This document shows positions 12,495-25,300 of a stretch of 64,000 nt of DNA, piece by piece. The stretch is taken from positions 1 to 64,000 of the forward strand of contig NIVC01002218.1 of the NCBI GenBank assembly GCA_002269645.1. The letters run 5' to 3'. This DNA comes from Macrostomum lignano (lineage: Eukaryota). The notes under the pieces are model-generated. The model searched no databases. It was not told the origin of the DNA and was given only the letters and a program-made list of their open reading frames with translations. A program made the translations under genes and the position numbers. Each line of letters starts with the position of its first letter. Position 1 is the stretch's first letter.

Positions 12495-12780
12495 CTCTCT
12501 CCACTCTCAGCCTCTCTCTAATCTCCATTCTCAGCTCACTCTCAGCCTCTCTCCACTCTTAGCCTCTCTCCACTCTCAGCCTCTTTCCAATCTCTACTCT
12601 CAGCCTCTCTCCAATCTCTACTCTCAGCCTCTCTCCAATCTCCACTCTTAGCCTCTTTCCAATCTCTATTCTCAGCTTACTCTTCAGCCTCTTCCCACTC
12701 TCAGCCTCTCTCCAATCTCCACTCTTAGCTCACTCTTTTCATCTCTCCTCTCCCTTCTTCTCTCCTCTCTCTTCTACTTG
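12495..12780. repeat. CT-rich degenerate tandem repeat (ctctcagcctctctccaatctcca-like)
   Basis: Visible periodic motif. Confidence 0.8.
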
Positions 12781-13999
12781 AGAGTTTGAGCAAGTAAGAG
12801 AGTGTGTGAGCATGGGATAGTTTAATCTGTCCAACCCTAGCTCATACACTGCTCCCCCACTTCATTCTTCAACTTAAGTCTGCTGCGGCATAGCTAAGTT
12901 GTGTCACTTGCAAAGATTGAGAGACTTTACTTGCACTCTCGGAATCTTCTATGATGATGAATTTTCAATGTTGCTGAATATATTGAATCTAATTTACAAG
13001 CTAAGTCATTACAGTGAGTTATTTACATATTTTGTAGTTATCGCTATACAAACCTTAGCAATAGGCTAAAAGTTAAAATTGAAAAAAGATTATAGCAAAA
13101 GATAACAATATGTTAATACCACAATTAAATTAAATTACAAGCCTACTGCACAAAAGGTCATAAAACTACTTGACTTTATTGTTAATATATTTTTTACACT
13201 GTATATTGGCCAAGAAAAGGCCTAAATGGTTGAACTAAACAATTAAATTATAAAATGGAGTGCCTATTAAAAGCATTCAAAAATAGTTTTTTGAATATTT
13301 GACCTTTTTCCTTTCCATTTTTTCATTAAAAAGTTATACTAAATCGCCAAAAACTATAATTTTCAAGCTAATTTAAAGCTAATTAAAATGGTCAAATGAG
13401 TCTAGAAAAAATTAAGACAGACAAATATACAAATAGACAAATAATACAAAATTAGTGTATATACTACTATTATAATTTTATAGTCTATTTATACTCGTAA
13501 TACTAAAAATAAATACAATAAAAATAGGTCACAAGATTTAGCCATTTTTGTATAGTTTTAACTTTTGTTAATTATTTTTTGTTGCAGCTTAATTTTTTCT
13601 TTAGTTTTTTTAACTTATATATTTTGGTTCTTCATTCTTTTCTTTAATTTCACATATTTTTGATTGCTTGCTAAAGTTATTACTAAGGCAATACAATTAA
13701 TATCAAAATGATATAGTTCTAACTATGGAATTGTAAGCTAATTGCTTAATAATTTGACTTATTTTAAATACTATAATAGCTTTTGTTTTGTTTCTTTAGA
13801 CTTTAATATAGGCTATAGTTATTAACAGGGATTAACTAGGCCTATTTGCCTAGGTTACCATATTTATAATGAAAAGGCTAACTTTTAGGCTAATAATATT
13901 GGCTAGGCTTAATAGCAAAACTAATCGAATTGTAAAATTGAAATGTACTAAGAAATTTAAAAAAAGTATATTGTTGTCTTATTAACTGTTTTTTTGCAT

Positions 14000-14830
14000 A
14001 AATATACAGTTTGGAGCTTGGTTTCCCTAGATATTATGATTTATGAAGGCCATCTGGAATACTATAATTGGCACAAACTATGTATATCAACAGAAGGCCT
14101 TGCTGCAATAGATAAATTGCAAGACAATTTAGATTTAAACCAACTATTGCAAAAGACATGATAACCTAAATCCATTATATACCTAATTGCCTCTACTAGG
14201 ACTTTTTCACCTAGGGATAAGCCTTCACTCCTTTAATCTAAGACCTTGGCCAAAAACTCATTCCTAGCCCTATTAGAGTATACTAATGTAACTAGATCTA
14301 GTCTTGCAAAAGCAATATAAAGTAGTTTGATACTTTATTGTACTTTCTTAGAGGGAATGTACGAGAGTATTGAGATAGAATGATGCAACCCTTGAATAAG
14401 GCTAGATCTTTATTGACACAAATTTCTTTTTTGGCATATATGCATTGCAAAAATTCTTAACTATATGCTTAATAGTGTAATAAATGGTTATGCCTTTGTC
14501 AGTGGGTCATTTCTATTAGATTTTTTAGCAAGTTTTTATAAGGTGTTATGTAAAAATCATCCTTGCTCTAGTAATAATTGACAACCTTTGGTTTTTTAAT
14601 TATCCCAATATAAAGCATGGCAACAAACTTTCATCTTATCCATGGTCACACCTTTCCACATAAAGAACCTTGTGAGGCAGGTGTTGCATCAATGCTTGTA
14701 GCTGATCAAATTTGCACCACACCTGTATATTGGTCCAATTGCAAAGCTGTTGCAGTGAGTCAACAGTTAGAAACTGCTTTAGAAACGCAGCAGTCTCTGG
14801 TCTTAGTAAGTCAGGATTCACACCTAGCAT
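14000..14830 (-). pseudogene. Heavily degraded piggyBac-like (DDE_Tnp_1_7-type) transposase
   Basis: Fragments in shifting frames, in the order expected for piggyBac transposases: PETAAFLKQFLTVDSLQQLCNWTN; KFVAMLYIGIIKKPKVVNYY*SKDDFYITP; RNDPLTK..PFI; NFCNAYMP; SYIPSKK..SIKL; HVFCNSWFKS. Confidence 0.6.
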
Positions 14831-15310
14831 TCCTAAGAACTTAGGTGCATGTGGTGACCCCCCAGTCCTTGGACTGAACAGCTGTACTCAGCCTTAAGAT
14901 GTGCCACACAATTGCTGCGGCTGAGCTGTCACTTGCACATCTTTCCATTTGAGCAGGTGTAATTTAGTAATTAATTATCATAATTATTATTGTTTTCATG
15001 CTTATCCCTTATTACTACAAGCATAAGCTAATCTGCTTGCTATTGCAGGCTATGGTAGTGTCAAAATTATGCAGTGGCTATGGTTAAATGTAGATTTAGC
15101 CATTAGACCATGAGCTATGACCTACAGTCTACAGAGCAGGTTATTTGCATCTTCAGTATTAAAGAGGTCTTTAGGAATATGAATGTCCTGTTAAAAGGAA
15201 AAAGAGGTTTTTGTGCCATTGAATTCTGACTTTGAAATTGGCATCATGATTTTGCACATTAGACTTTTTTGCCTATGCAAAAGTCCTAAGTAAAAGTTAA
15301 CGTAGTTTTT

Positions 15311-15373
15311 GGTAAACAGCAGAAGTAACTATAACTGTACTATTGAAGCTAAATGCCTCGTCATCTAATTAGT
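15311..15373 (+). other. Short degenerate fragment of 28S rRNA (R2/Pokey target region); not a functional rRNA gene
   Basis: ggtaaacagcagaagtaactataactgtactattgaagctaaatgcctcgtcatctaattagt aligns with the conserved 28S segment GGTAAACGGCGGGAGTAACTATGACTCTCTTAAGGTAGCCAAATGCCTCGTCATCTAATTAGT (quoted from memory). The last 23 nt are identical. Confidence 0.8.
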
Positions 15374-15587
15374 ACCACGTTTGCATTTTCGGGTGGGGAT
15401 TTTTGCAACTTAGCTTGGCTGTGCCCCTCACCGGCCGGCTCGGTTTGGTGTTGCGCATGTTTGCGCTCCCCATAGCAGAATTTTCAATTAAACAGTAATA
15501 AAACTAAATGCCTTACAATGCCTCTAATCCTCTGCGTCTCGGGATTGTTGACACATCTGTCTCTAAATAAGCACAAAATAAGCAAAT

Positions 15588-18563
15588 ATGAGCGACAATG
15601 AAAGCAGCAAGCCACGGCAGCCTGTAGACAGTTATCCGTCTGCTGCTTTTCGAAAGCGACACCATGACGACGACGCTAAAGTGTCGGGCTCAGAATTGTC
15701 GCTGCCGCCGCCGCTGTTGGATCCTCAAGTGGCGAGCGGCAGCGGCGGCGGTCGGCCTTGCGCAGTCTGCGGCGACATCACTGAGCCGGCCAGCGGCGAC
15801 GCCGGCTGCTGCGACTCCTGCAAGGCCTTCTTCCGTCGTTGCGCCGTCGGCGGCCAGGAGCTCGGCTGCATCAGAGGCGACAACGCCTGCAAAATCACTG
15901 TCGCTAATAGGAAGCAGTGCAGGGCCTGCCGCTATCAGTGCTGTCTGAGGGCCGGCCTTCGCCAGAGCCCGCCTCCGCACCAGCAGCAGCAGCAGCAGCA
16001 TCAAACACCGCCTATTAAGCGACAACGAAGTGACGGCTTCGCTGGCAGCAGCGCGTCTAGCGGCGGCGGTGGCAGCTCTAGCAGCGTTGTAGACTTTGAG
16101 ATACCAACAAAACCGGTGGATAACTGGAAGGATGCGCTGCTCAAAGTTGGTTTTGCTGGAATTTTGACAAACTTACAGATATTAGAATTGCGCCATGTTG
16201 CAGTGCGGATTTAAAAGAGACAACAAATTGAAGACAGTCTATAGCATCGCCTCCTTCCGAATTGCCCATAAATACACTTCTAGGATCGGCCATAGGACCA
16301 CATCTAGGATCGGCCATAGGACCACATCTAGGATCGGCCATAGGACCACATTTAGAATCGCCCATAGGACCACATTTAGAATCGCCCATAGGACCACATT
16401 TAGAATCGCCCAAAGGACCACATCTAGAATCGCCCATAGGACCACATCTAGGATCGGCCATAGGACCACATTTAGAATCGCCCATAGGACCAGGTCTAAT
16501 ATCGCCCATTGGGGACAACATCTAGAATCGCCCATAGAGGACCACATCTAGAATTTCCCATTTAGGACCACATCTAGAATCGCCCATAGAGGACCAAATT
16601 TAGAATTGCCCATTGAGGACCACATCTGGAATCGTCCATCGAGGACCACCATAGAGGACCACAGAGGACCATAGAGGGCCACATCTAGAATCGCCCATAG
16701 GACCACATCTAGAGTCGCCAATAAGACCACATCTAGAATCGGCCATAGGACCACATCTAGAATCGGCCATAGAGGACCACATCTAGAATCGCACATGGAG
16801 GACCACATCTAGAATCGCCCATAGAGGACCACATCTAGAATTGCCCATTGAGGACCACATCTAGAATCGCCCATAGAGGACCACATCTAGAATCGCCCAT
16901 AGCGGACCACATCTAGAATCGCCCATAGAGGACCACATCTAGAATCGCCCATAGCGGACCACATCTAGAATTGCCCATTTAGGACCACATCTGGAATCGT
17001 CCATAGAGGACCACATCTAGAATCGCCCATCGAGGACCACCATAGAGGACCACAGAGGACCATAGAGGACCACATCTAGAATTGCCCATAGGAGCACCTC
17101 TAAAAGGAGCACCTATGTCAGAGCTCTCAGATTCCATAACGCAGCATTAATTCCCCAACCACGCCAGGTAGTAAATTACTACGGCGAGGATCGCACCCAG
17201 ATTGAAGGCGAATTTCTAGCCCAAATCGGCAACATATTGGAGAGCTGCACCAGTGCCGACATGTCGGTTCCGTTTGAACTCAGCCACGACCTGTCCCAAG
17301 GCCTCTCCGAGCAGCTCAATGACTGGAAGGAGATGATCAGCCAGTTGGAGATCTTTATTCAGCCGGCTGTCAGCTTCTGCAAGACCTTTCTAGCCACTGA
17401 TTTCTTTAAACAGATGACGGAATGGAGGCCCGAGCATTCGGTAAGTTGTGAATTCCACCTGGAATTCTATTTATGATAGCTTTTGTATTTACCTAGAAAT
17501 CAGATTGTTAAGGGTAGCCCGTGCGGATTATTCTATTAGTAACCCATATTATACATATAATTATCGCCTAGTGTATTGATCCATTTAGCCAAAGATCTTG
17601 TTGAGCCTCTAGATGAGATCTAGTCCATAAACATAGATCTGGTCTCTAGATGAGACCTAGCCCAAGACATAGATCTAGTCTCTAGATGAGATCTAGCCCA
17701 TAGACAGATCTATAGTATCCAGATGAGATCTAGTCCATAAATATAGATCTAGTCCATAGACAGATCTAGTCCCTAGAAGAGATCTAGCCCATAGACATAG
17801 ATGAGATCTAGCCCATAGACACAGATCTAGTCTTTAGATGAGATCTAGCCCATAGACATAGATCTAGTCTCTATATAAGACCTAGTCCATATACAGAGAT
17901 CTAGTCTCCAGATGAGATCTAGCCCATAGACACAGATCTAGTCTTTAGATGAGATCTAGCCCATAGACACAGATTTAGTCTCTAGATGAGATCTAGCCCA
18001 TAGACACAGATCTAGTCTCTAGATGAGATCTTACGCCTCCAACCCAGGTGCTGCTGGTAAAGCGCCGCATTCACTCAGTGCTGGTGCCGCTGTTCAGCCT
18101 AAAGTTCGATCCCAGCAAGCGCCAGATGTCGGTGAGCATCGACGGCAAGACGTACAGCGTGGACCCGAATAAGAGCATCCGAAACTTGGACAGGTCGTTC
18201 ATGCCCGGCCTCTCGGCCGTCTCGTCCAACGATCGGTACTTTGAATACATTCACAAGGTGACAGGCGGCGACGTCGGCCTCATCGCCCTGTTCACCCTGA
18301 TGAAACTATTCGATCTGTCCTCGACGGAGAAGGACGAACTGCCTGAGGACATTGAACAGCTGGCATTCGACATGTTCATGCGGCTGGCCAAGGTTACTAG
18401 GCACGCTTTTATTGCCAAATTTGATGACAGATGGCAGCCGAAGATGCGAGAGCTTTGCATCCTGTTTGAATGGTCCAAGACGTTTGAAGAGTCGCTCTCC
18501 AAGCTCTTCGCCTCCCTGAGCAGTCAGAGTCCCACGCCTCTGTTTGCCGAGATTTACACCTGA
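15588..18563 (+). CDS. Nuclear hormone receptor (C4 zinc-finger DBD plus divergent LBD), NR1I/J (HR96/NHR-8/VDR)-like; 3 exons, ~448 aa
   Basis: Exons 15588-16145, 17168-17440 and 18048-18563, all phase 0 with GT-AG. DBD CAVCG...CDSCKAFFRR...C-X6-C-X9-CRACRYQCCLRAGL at ~15759-15960. C-terminal PLFAEIY resembles AF-2/helix 12. Subfamily inferred from the P-box xSCKA. Confidence 0.88.
16280..17090. repeat. Intronic minisatellite, ~21-23-bp unit (aggaccacatctagaatcgcccatag)
   Basis: Fills most of nuclear receptor intron 1. Confidence 0.95.
17600..18030. repeat. Intronic minisatellite, ~37-bp unit (tagatgagatctagcccatagacacagatctagtctc)
   Basis: Nuclear receptor intron 2; ends ~17 nt before the acceptor. 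Confidence 0.9.
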
Positions 18564-18699
18564 CCGGTTTTGTTCACGAGTGTTTTTTATCTGCCTTTAT
18601 TTTGTTTGAAATTTTAAACAAAAAAAACTAACCTGGCATTCCCTCGCTAATGCAAGCTTTGGCAAACTTTTTTTCGACTGGTTCAGCAAAGACCAGAGG

Positions 18700-19160
18700 G
18701 AGGGCAGCAGCACCCTAGATAAGGCTAGAGGGAGGGCTGCAGCACCCTAGATAAGGCTAGACGGAGGGCAGCAGCACCCTAGACACGGCTAGAGGGAGGG
18801 CTGCAGCACCCTAGATAAGGCTAGAGGGAGGGCAGCAGCACCCTAGACACGGCTAGAGGGAGGGCAGCAGCACCCTAGATAAGGCTAGACGGAGGGCAGC
18901 AGCACCCTAGACACGGCTAGAGGGAGGGCAGCAGCACCCTAGATAAGGCTAGAGGGAGGGCAGCAGCACCCTAGACACGGCTAGAGGGAGGGCTGCAGCA
19001 CCCTAGATAAGGCTAGAGGGAGGGCTGCAGCACCCTAGATAAGGCTAGAGGGAGGGCAGCAGCACCCTAGACACGGCTAGAGGGAGGGCAGCAGCACCCT
19101 AGATAAGGCTAGAGGGAGGGCAGCAGCACCCTAGACACGGCTAGAGGGAGGGCTGCAGCA
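18700..19160. repeat. 32-bp tandem repeat (gctagagggagggcagcagcaccctagataag)
   Basis: About 14 near-identical copies, with ataag/acacg variants. Confidence 0.95.
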
Positions 19161-19709
19161 GCCTTGACATAAATGAAGAGTACTGCTTTAAGATTTTAAC
19201 TAACAGTTGCCTGCACTAGAGTTGGCTCAGGGTATAAAAATGTATTCATCTGTTTTTGACTGGGCTGCATCGGATAAAGCAATAAATATAAAGCCTGTTT
19301 TTCTGGTTAAATCATTGTACTATCTAATAATTTTTAATAACCTGTTCTACGATTGTTGTTTATCACTTTTGCCACTCTGTGTAATAGTTTCCATTCTATA
19401 TTTAGAACTGCGTCATCGTATATCGTTTTTAACAAGACTCCTATCCTCAACTCTGAGCTGCAGGGTCATTAGGTTAGCGTCATTGTTCCTTCACTTCTTC
19501 GCGTTACGGGTATGTATAAAATTCATTTTGTAATTAATAACTCATATTCCAGCTTATGTTTCAACTCTATTGTGTAAGTTGTTCCTGCAAATATGCATCA
19601 ATCATTAATTATCTTATTAATTTTCTTATATCTCATTTCTGTCAGCTAAAGGTTGTTTTAAACTATTTGTGCTATTAAATAATTGAGTTTTTACCCCAGG
19701 TCGATATTT

Positions 19710-20790
19710 ATGAGTATGACTCAATTCTTATGACTGATATGTATGAGTATGACTCAAATGCTTATGACTTATATGTATGAGTATGACTTAAATGCTTATG
19801 ACTGATATGTATGAGTATGACTCCTATGCTTATGACTGATATGTATGAGTATGACTCCTATGCTTATGACTGATATGTATGAGTATGACTCAAATGCTTA
19901 TGACTGATATGTATGAGTATGCACGACTCAATGCTTATGACTTATATGTATGAGTATGACTTAAATGCTTATGACTGATATGTATGAGTATGACTCAAAT
20001 GCTTATGACTGATATGTATGAGTATGACTCAAATGCTTATGACTTATATGTATGAGTATGACTCAAATGCTTATGACTGATATGTATGAGTATGACTCAA
20101 ATGCTTATGACTGATATGTATGAGTATGACTCAAATGCTTATGACTGATATGTATGAGTATGACTCAAATGCTTATGACTGATATGTATGAGTATGACTC
20201 AAATGCTTATGACTGATATGTATGAGTATGACTCAAATGCTTATGACTGATATGTATGAGTATGACTCATGCTTATGACTGATATGTATGAGTATGACTC
20301 AAATGCTTATGACTTATATGTATGAGTATGACTCAAATGCTTATGACTGATATGTATGAGTATGACTCAAATGCTTATGACTTATATGTATGAGTATGAC
20401 TCAAATGCTTATGACTGATATGTATGAGTATGACTCAAATGCTTATGACTGATATGTATGAGTATGACTCAAATGCTTATGACTGATATGTATGAGTATG
20501 CACGACTCAATGCTTATGACTTATATGTATGAGTATGACTCAAATGCTTATGACTGATATGTATGAGTATGACTCAAATGCTTATGACTGATATGTATGA
20601 GTATGACTCAAATGCTTATGACTGATATGTATGAGTATGACTCAAATGCTTATGACTTATATGTATGAGTATGACTCAAATGCTTATGACTGATATGTAT
20701 GAGTATGACTCAAATGCTTATGACTGCCTTGTATGAGTATGACTCAAATGCTTATGACTGATATGTATGAGTATGACCCAAATGCTTGCA
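19710..20790. repeat. 34-bp tandem repeat (gagtatgactcaaatgcttatgactgatatgtat)
   Basis: About 30 copies; the unit contains TGACTCA. Confidence 0.95.
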
Positions 20791-21679
20791 TGTACATGCA
20801 TCATGACCCTAAGCTTATGACCGTTATTTATGACTGGCCCTGTGCTTATTGAATTAAAAACGTTATCGTGACAAGTATTGCTAGAGTCATTGCAAACAAC
20901 TCACTAGCGACTCTGGAGTGACTCTTGTGACTTTTTAACGACTCAAACGACTGAAATGCGACAGAGAGGCGACTGTTGAGTCCCGAGCGCATCGCGTGAG
21001 TTGCAGAATCGTAAGAGTCGCAAAAAAGTCGTCCAATAATCGCTGTTTTAGCGCTTAACTTTCTACTAACTCTAGTAGACTAAATAGGGTTTTAAATGCG
21101 GAATGCGATTCAGCTGATTCATAAAGTGCCGCAGGTGCGCTCTAGACGCAACTCGGTGATTCTGCAGCTACTCCGGCACGCCTCAGGTACGATTTAAAGA
21201 CCCCAGAGTCGTTGAAGAAGCGTTCCAAACTTATTTCATAGTCGCAGACAAAAAACGCACTTCAGATTGACTATTAGGCGACTTTTTGGTAAAATCCCGA
21301 GTGGGGCAACGGTCTGCAGATACCTACCGTTGCTTCTTTATAACCAATCACAGTTAAATTCATTTTCAGTTTTGCTTTGTTGCTGCTATTTAACTATAAT
21401 TCATTTTTTGCATAATCTGCTGTCCCTCAAACCTCGTCCTCGATTTTTGTTTTGAAGAAAAAAATAACAAAAAAACTGTTCCTCCGCTTTTGTCTGTTTT
21501 CTTTTGTTGCGATTTGATAAGCTTCTAATCGAAATGTTTCTCTACTCGCAGTAGTCAATGCGCTTTTAGTGATTAGATTGCGCCTAGAGTTTGAATAAAC
21601 ACTTCCCTGTTGCAGACGCAGGCAGTTTAACTTGGATTAATGCTGTACGTTTTCCTTCTTTACTGTTTCTCTCATAGCC

Positions 21680-22020
21680 TATATCAGTCACTGTAGCATT
21701 CTCTGAGTCACTCTATGATTCACTCTCAGTTATTCCCTGAGTCACTCCATGATTCACCCTCAGTTATTGCCTGAGTCACTCCATGATTCACCCTCGATTA
21801 TTCCCTAAGTCACTCTATGATTCACCCTCAGTTATTCCCTAAGTCACTCTATGATTCACCCTCAGTTATTCCCTGAGTCACTCTATGATTCACCCTCAAT
21901 TATTCCCTAAGTCACTCTGATTCACCCTCAGTTATTCCCTGAGTCACTCTGATTCACCCTCAGTTATTCCCTAAGTCACTCTGATTCACCCTCAGTTATT
22001 CCCTAAGTCACTCTATGATT
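21680..22020. repeat. 32/34-bp tandem repeat (ccctgagtcactctatgattcaccctcagttatt)
   Basis: About 9 copies; some contain TGAGTCA. Confidence 0.9.
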
Positions 22021-22302
22021 CGGTCAGTATTTCTTTGAGTCAGTGTAACTTAGTTATTACCCGAGTTACTCTGTAATTCATTCCCAGTTTTTGGATGAGT
22101 CTCTGTGTATTCTTCAGGCTGTTATTTTGAGTCAATCCTTTAGTCACTGCCTGACGGTTTCCCAATCTTGTCACAGATCAAACGTCTTTACTCAAAGTCC
22201 CTGAACTCTTCTCTCATTTCCACTACGAGAAATTCTATTTATCAGCTTATTTTATACTTTTCTACACTTATAAACTAATGAAACTGCCGTGCATTTGCCA
22301 GC

Positions 22303-25300
22303 ATGGGTAAAGTAAAGAAGCGAGCCAAACGGTTTCGCTACCATACCAATCGAAAACGGCAGTGGCGCAACAAGCAGACTCAGTCCACTGAGGTGCTCGT
22401 GTCGGATGCTGATGTACAGGTGAGCCGACAGTGCTTCCTGGTCCTCTGCAACCCATGCTTGTTTTGGATGATAGCTAGTGCAGTGGACATCCCAACTGTT
22501 TAAGACAGGATGTTGTGGACATCCCAACTGTTTAAGACAGGATGTTGTGGACATCCCAACTGTTTAAGACAGGATGTTGTGGACATCCCAACTGTTTAAG
22601 ACAGGATGTTGTGGACATCCCAACTGTTTAAGACAGGATGTTGTGGACATCCCAACTGTTTAAGACAGGATGCGGTGGACATACCAACTGTTTAAGACAG
22701 GATGCGGTGGACATACCAACTTTTTAAGACAGGATGTTGTGGACATCCCAACTGTTTAAGACAGGATGTTGTGGACATCCCAACTGTTTAAGACAGGATG
22801 TTGTGGACATCCCAACTGTTTAAGACAAGATGCGGTGGACATCCCAACTGTTTAAGACAGGATGTTGTGGACATCCCAACTGTTTAAGACAGGATATTGT
22901 GGACATCCCAACTGTTTAAGACAGGATATTGTGGACATCCCAACTGTTTAAGACAGGGTGTTGTGGACATCCCAACTGTTTAAGACAGGATGCGGTGGAC
23001 ATCCCAACTGTTTAAGACAGGATGTTGTGGACATCCCAACTGTTTAAGACAGGATGCGGTGGACATCCCAACTGTTTAAGACAGGATGCGGTGGACATCC
23101 CAACTGTTTAAGACAGGATGCAGTGGACATACCAACTGTTTAAGACAGGATGCGGTGGACATACCAACTTTTTAAGACAGGATGTTGTGGACATCCCAAC
23201 TGTTTAAGACAGGATGCGGTGGACATCCCAACTGTTTAAGACAGGATGTTGTGGACATCCCAACTGTTTAAGACAGGATGTTGTGGACATCCCAACTGTT
23301 TAAGACAGGATGTTGTGGACATCCCAACTGTTTAAGACAGGGTGTTGTGGACATCCCGACTGTTTTAGTAGTATAAGACAGGATGTTGTGGACATCCCAA
23401 CTGTTTAAGACAGGATGTTGTGGACATCCCAACTGTTTAAGACAGGATGCGGTGGACATCCCAACTGTTTAAGACAGGATGTTGTGGACATCCCAACTGT
23501 TTAAGTCAGGATGCGGTGGACATCCTAACTGTTAAAGACATGATGCAGTGGACATCCTAACTGATAAAGACATGATGCAGTGGACATCCTAACTGATAAG
23601 ACATGATGCAGTGGACATCCGAACTGATAAAGTCAGGATGCGGTGGACATCTAAAAGTACCCAAATGGTCGCCGCCATGCCCTGCTGCTCATAGCGAATT
23701 TGACGCGAGCTGTCACAATATCTGCTATTTCACGAATGCCTAATACGCACTCTGTTCCCCCACACCCTCTGGCACAGGCCGCCTGGCAGGCCGGCAGCTC
23801 AGCTCGCAGCAACTTCAGTCGGCTCGGCCTGTGCTACGATCCCGGAGTGACCTTCGGGGTGCCGAAGCCCCGCCTGCCAGCCCTGGTTGACGGCGACGCT
23901 CCAGTCGATGATTCTGTCAACGATGAGGGCAGCGAAGAGAGAACGAAGGCTGCGGCTGTTTCTGGAGATGGCGCCGCTGGTAAAGGTGAGCATGCTTGCA
24001 AATACAGTGCGGTGTGGTCTTGGAATTTCAAGGCTGGATCTTAGGTTGAGAATCGCCTCAACTAAGATTGAGAATCGCCTCAACTAAGATTGAGAATCGC
24101 CTCAACTAAGATTGAGAATCGCCTCAACTAAGATTGAGAATCGCCTCAACTAAGATTGAGAATCGCCTCAACTAAGATTGAGAATCGCCTCAACTAAGAT
24201 TGAGAATCGCCTCAACTAAGATTGAGAATCGCCTCAACTAAGATTGAGAATCGCCTCAACTAAGATTGAGAATCGCCTCAACTAAGATTGAGAATCGCCT
24301 CAACTAAGATTGACAATCGCCCACTTCCCATTGAGAATCGCCCCATTCCCCCGTGGGAATCCCCCATTCGCCATTGGGAATCGCCCCAGTCCCATTGAGA
24401 ATCGCCCTGGTCCCATTGAGAATCGCCCCAGTCCCATTAAGAATCGCCCCAGTCCCATTGAGAATCGCCCTGATCCCATTGAGAATCGCCCCAGTCCCAT
24501 TGAGAATCGTCCCAGTCCCATTGAGAATCGCCCCAGTCCCATTGAGAATCGCCCCAGTCCCATTGAGAATCGTCCCAGTCCCATTGAGAATCGCCCCAGT
24601 CCCATTGAGAATCGCCCTGATCCCATTGAGAATCGCCCTGGTCCCATTGAGAATCGCCCCAGTCCCATTGAGAATCGCCCTGATCCCATTGAGAATCGCC
24701 CCAGTCCCATTGAGAATCGTCCCAGTCCCATTGAGAATCGCCCCAGTCCCATTGAGAATCGCCCCAGTCCCATTGAGAATCGCCCAGTCCCATTAATAAT
24801 CGCCCCAGTCCCATTGAGAATCGCCCCAGTCCAATTGAGAATCGCCCCAGTCCCATTGAGAATCACCCCGGTCCCATTGAGAATCGCCCCAGTCCCATTG
24901 AGAATCGTCCCAGTCCCATTGAGAATCGCCCTGGTCCCATTGAGAATTGCACAGTCCCATTGAGAATCGCCCTGGTCCCATTGAGAATCGCCCTAATCCA
25001 ATTGAGAATCGCCCCAATCCCATTGAGAATCGCCCTGGTCCCATCGAGAATCGCCCCAGTCCCATTGAGAATCGCCCAGTCCCATTGAGAATCGCCCTGG
25101 TCCCATTGAGAATTGCCCAGTCCCATTGAGAATCGCCCTGGTCCCATTGAGAATCGCCCAGTCCCATTGAGAATCGCCCTGGTCCCATTGAGAATCGCCC
25201 CGGTCCCATTGAGAATCGCCCCAATCCCATTGAGAATCGCCCCAGTCCCATTGAGAATCGCCCTGGTCCCATTGAGAATCGCCCCAGTCCCATTGAGAAT

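Noticed and set aside
15311-15373. Calling an rRNA gene
   Set aside because: Only 63 nt, with multiple substitutions and no adjoining 28S sequence; kept as a fragment only.
18700-23650. Regular 32-34-bp repeats as a possible CRISPR array
   Set aside because: Units are head-to-tail with no unique spacers, there are no cas genes, and the context is eukaryotic.
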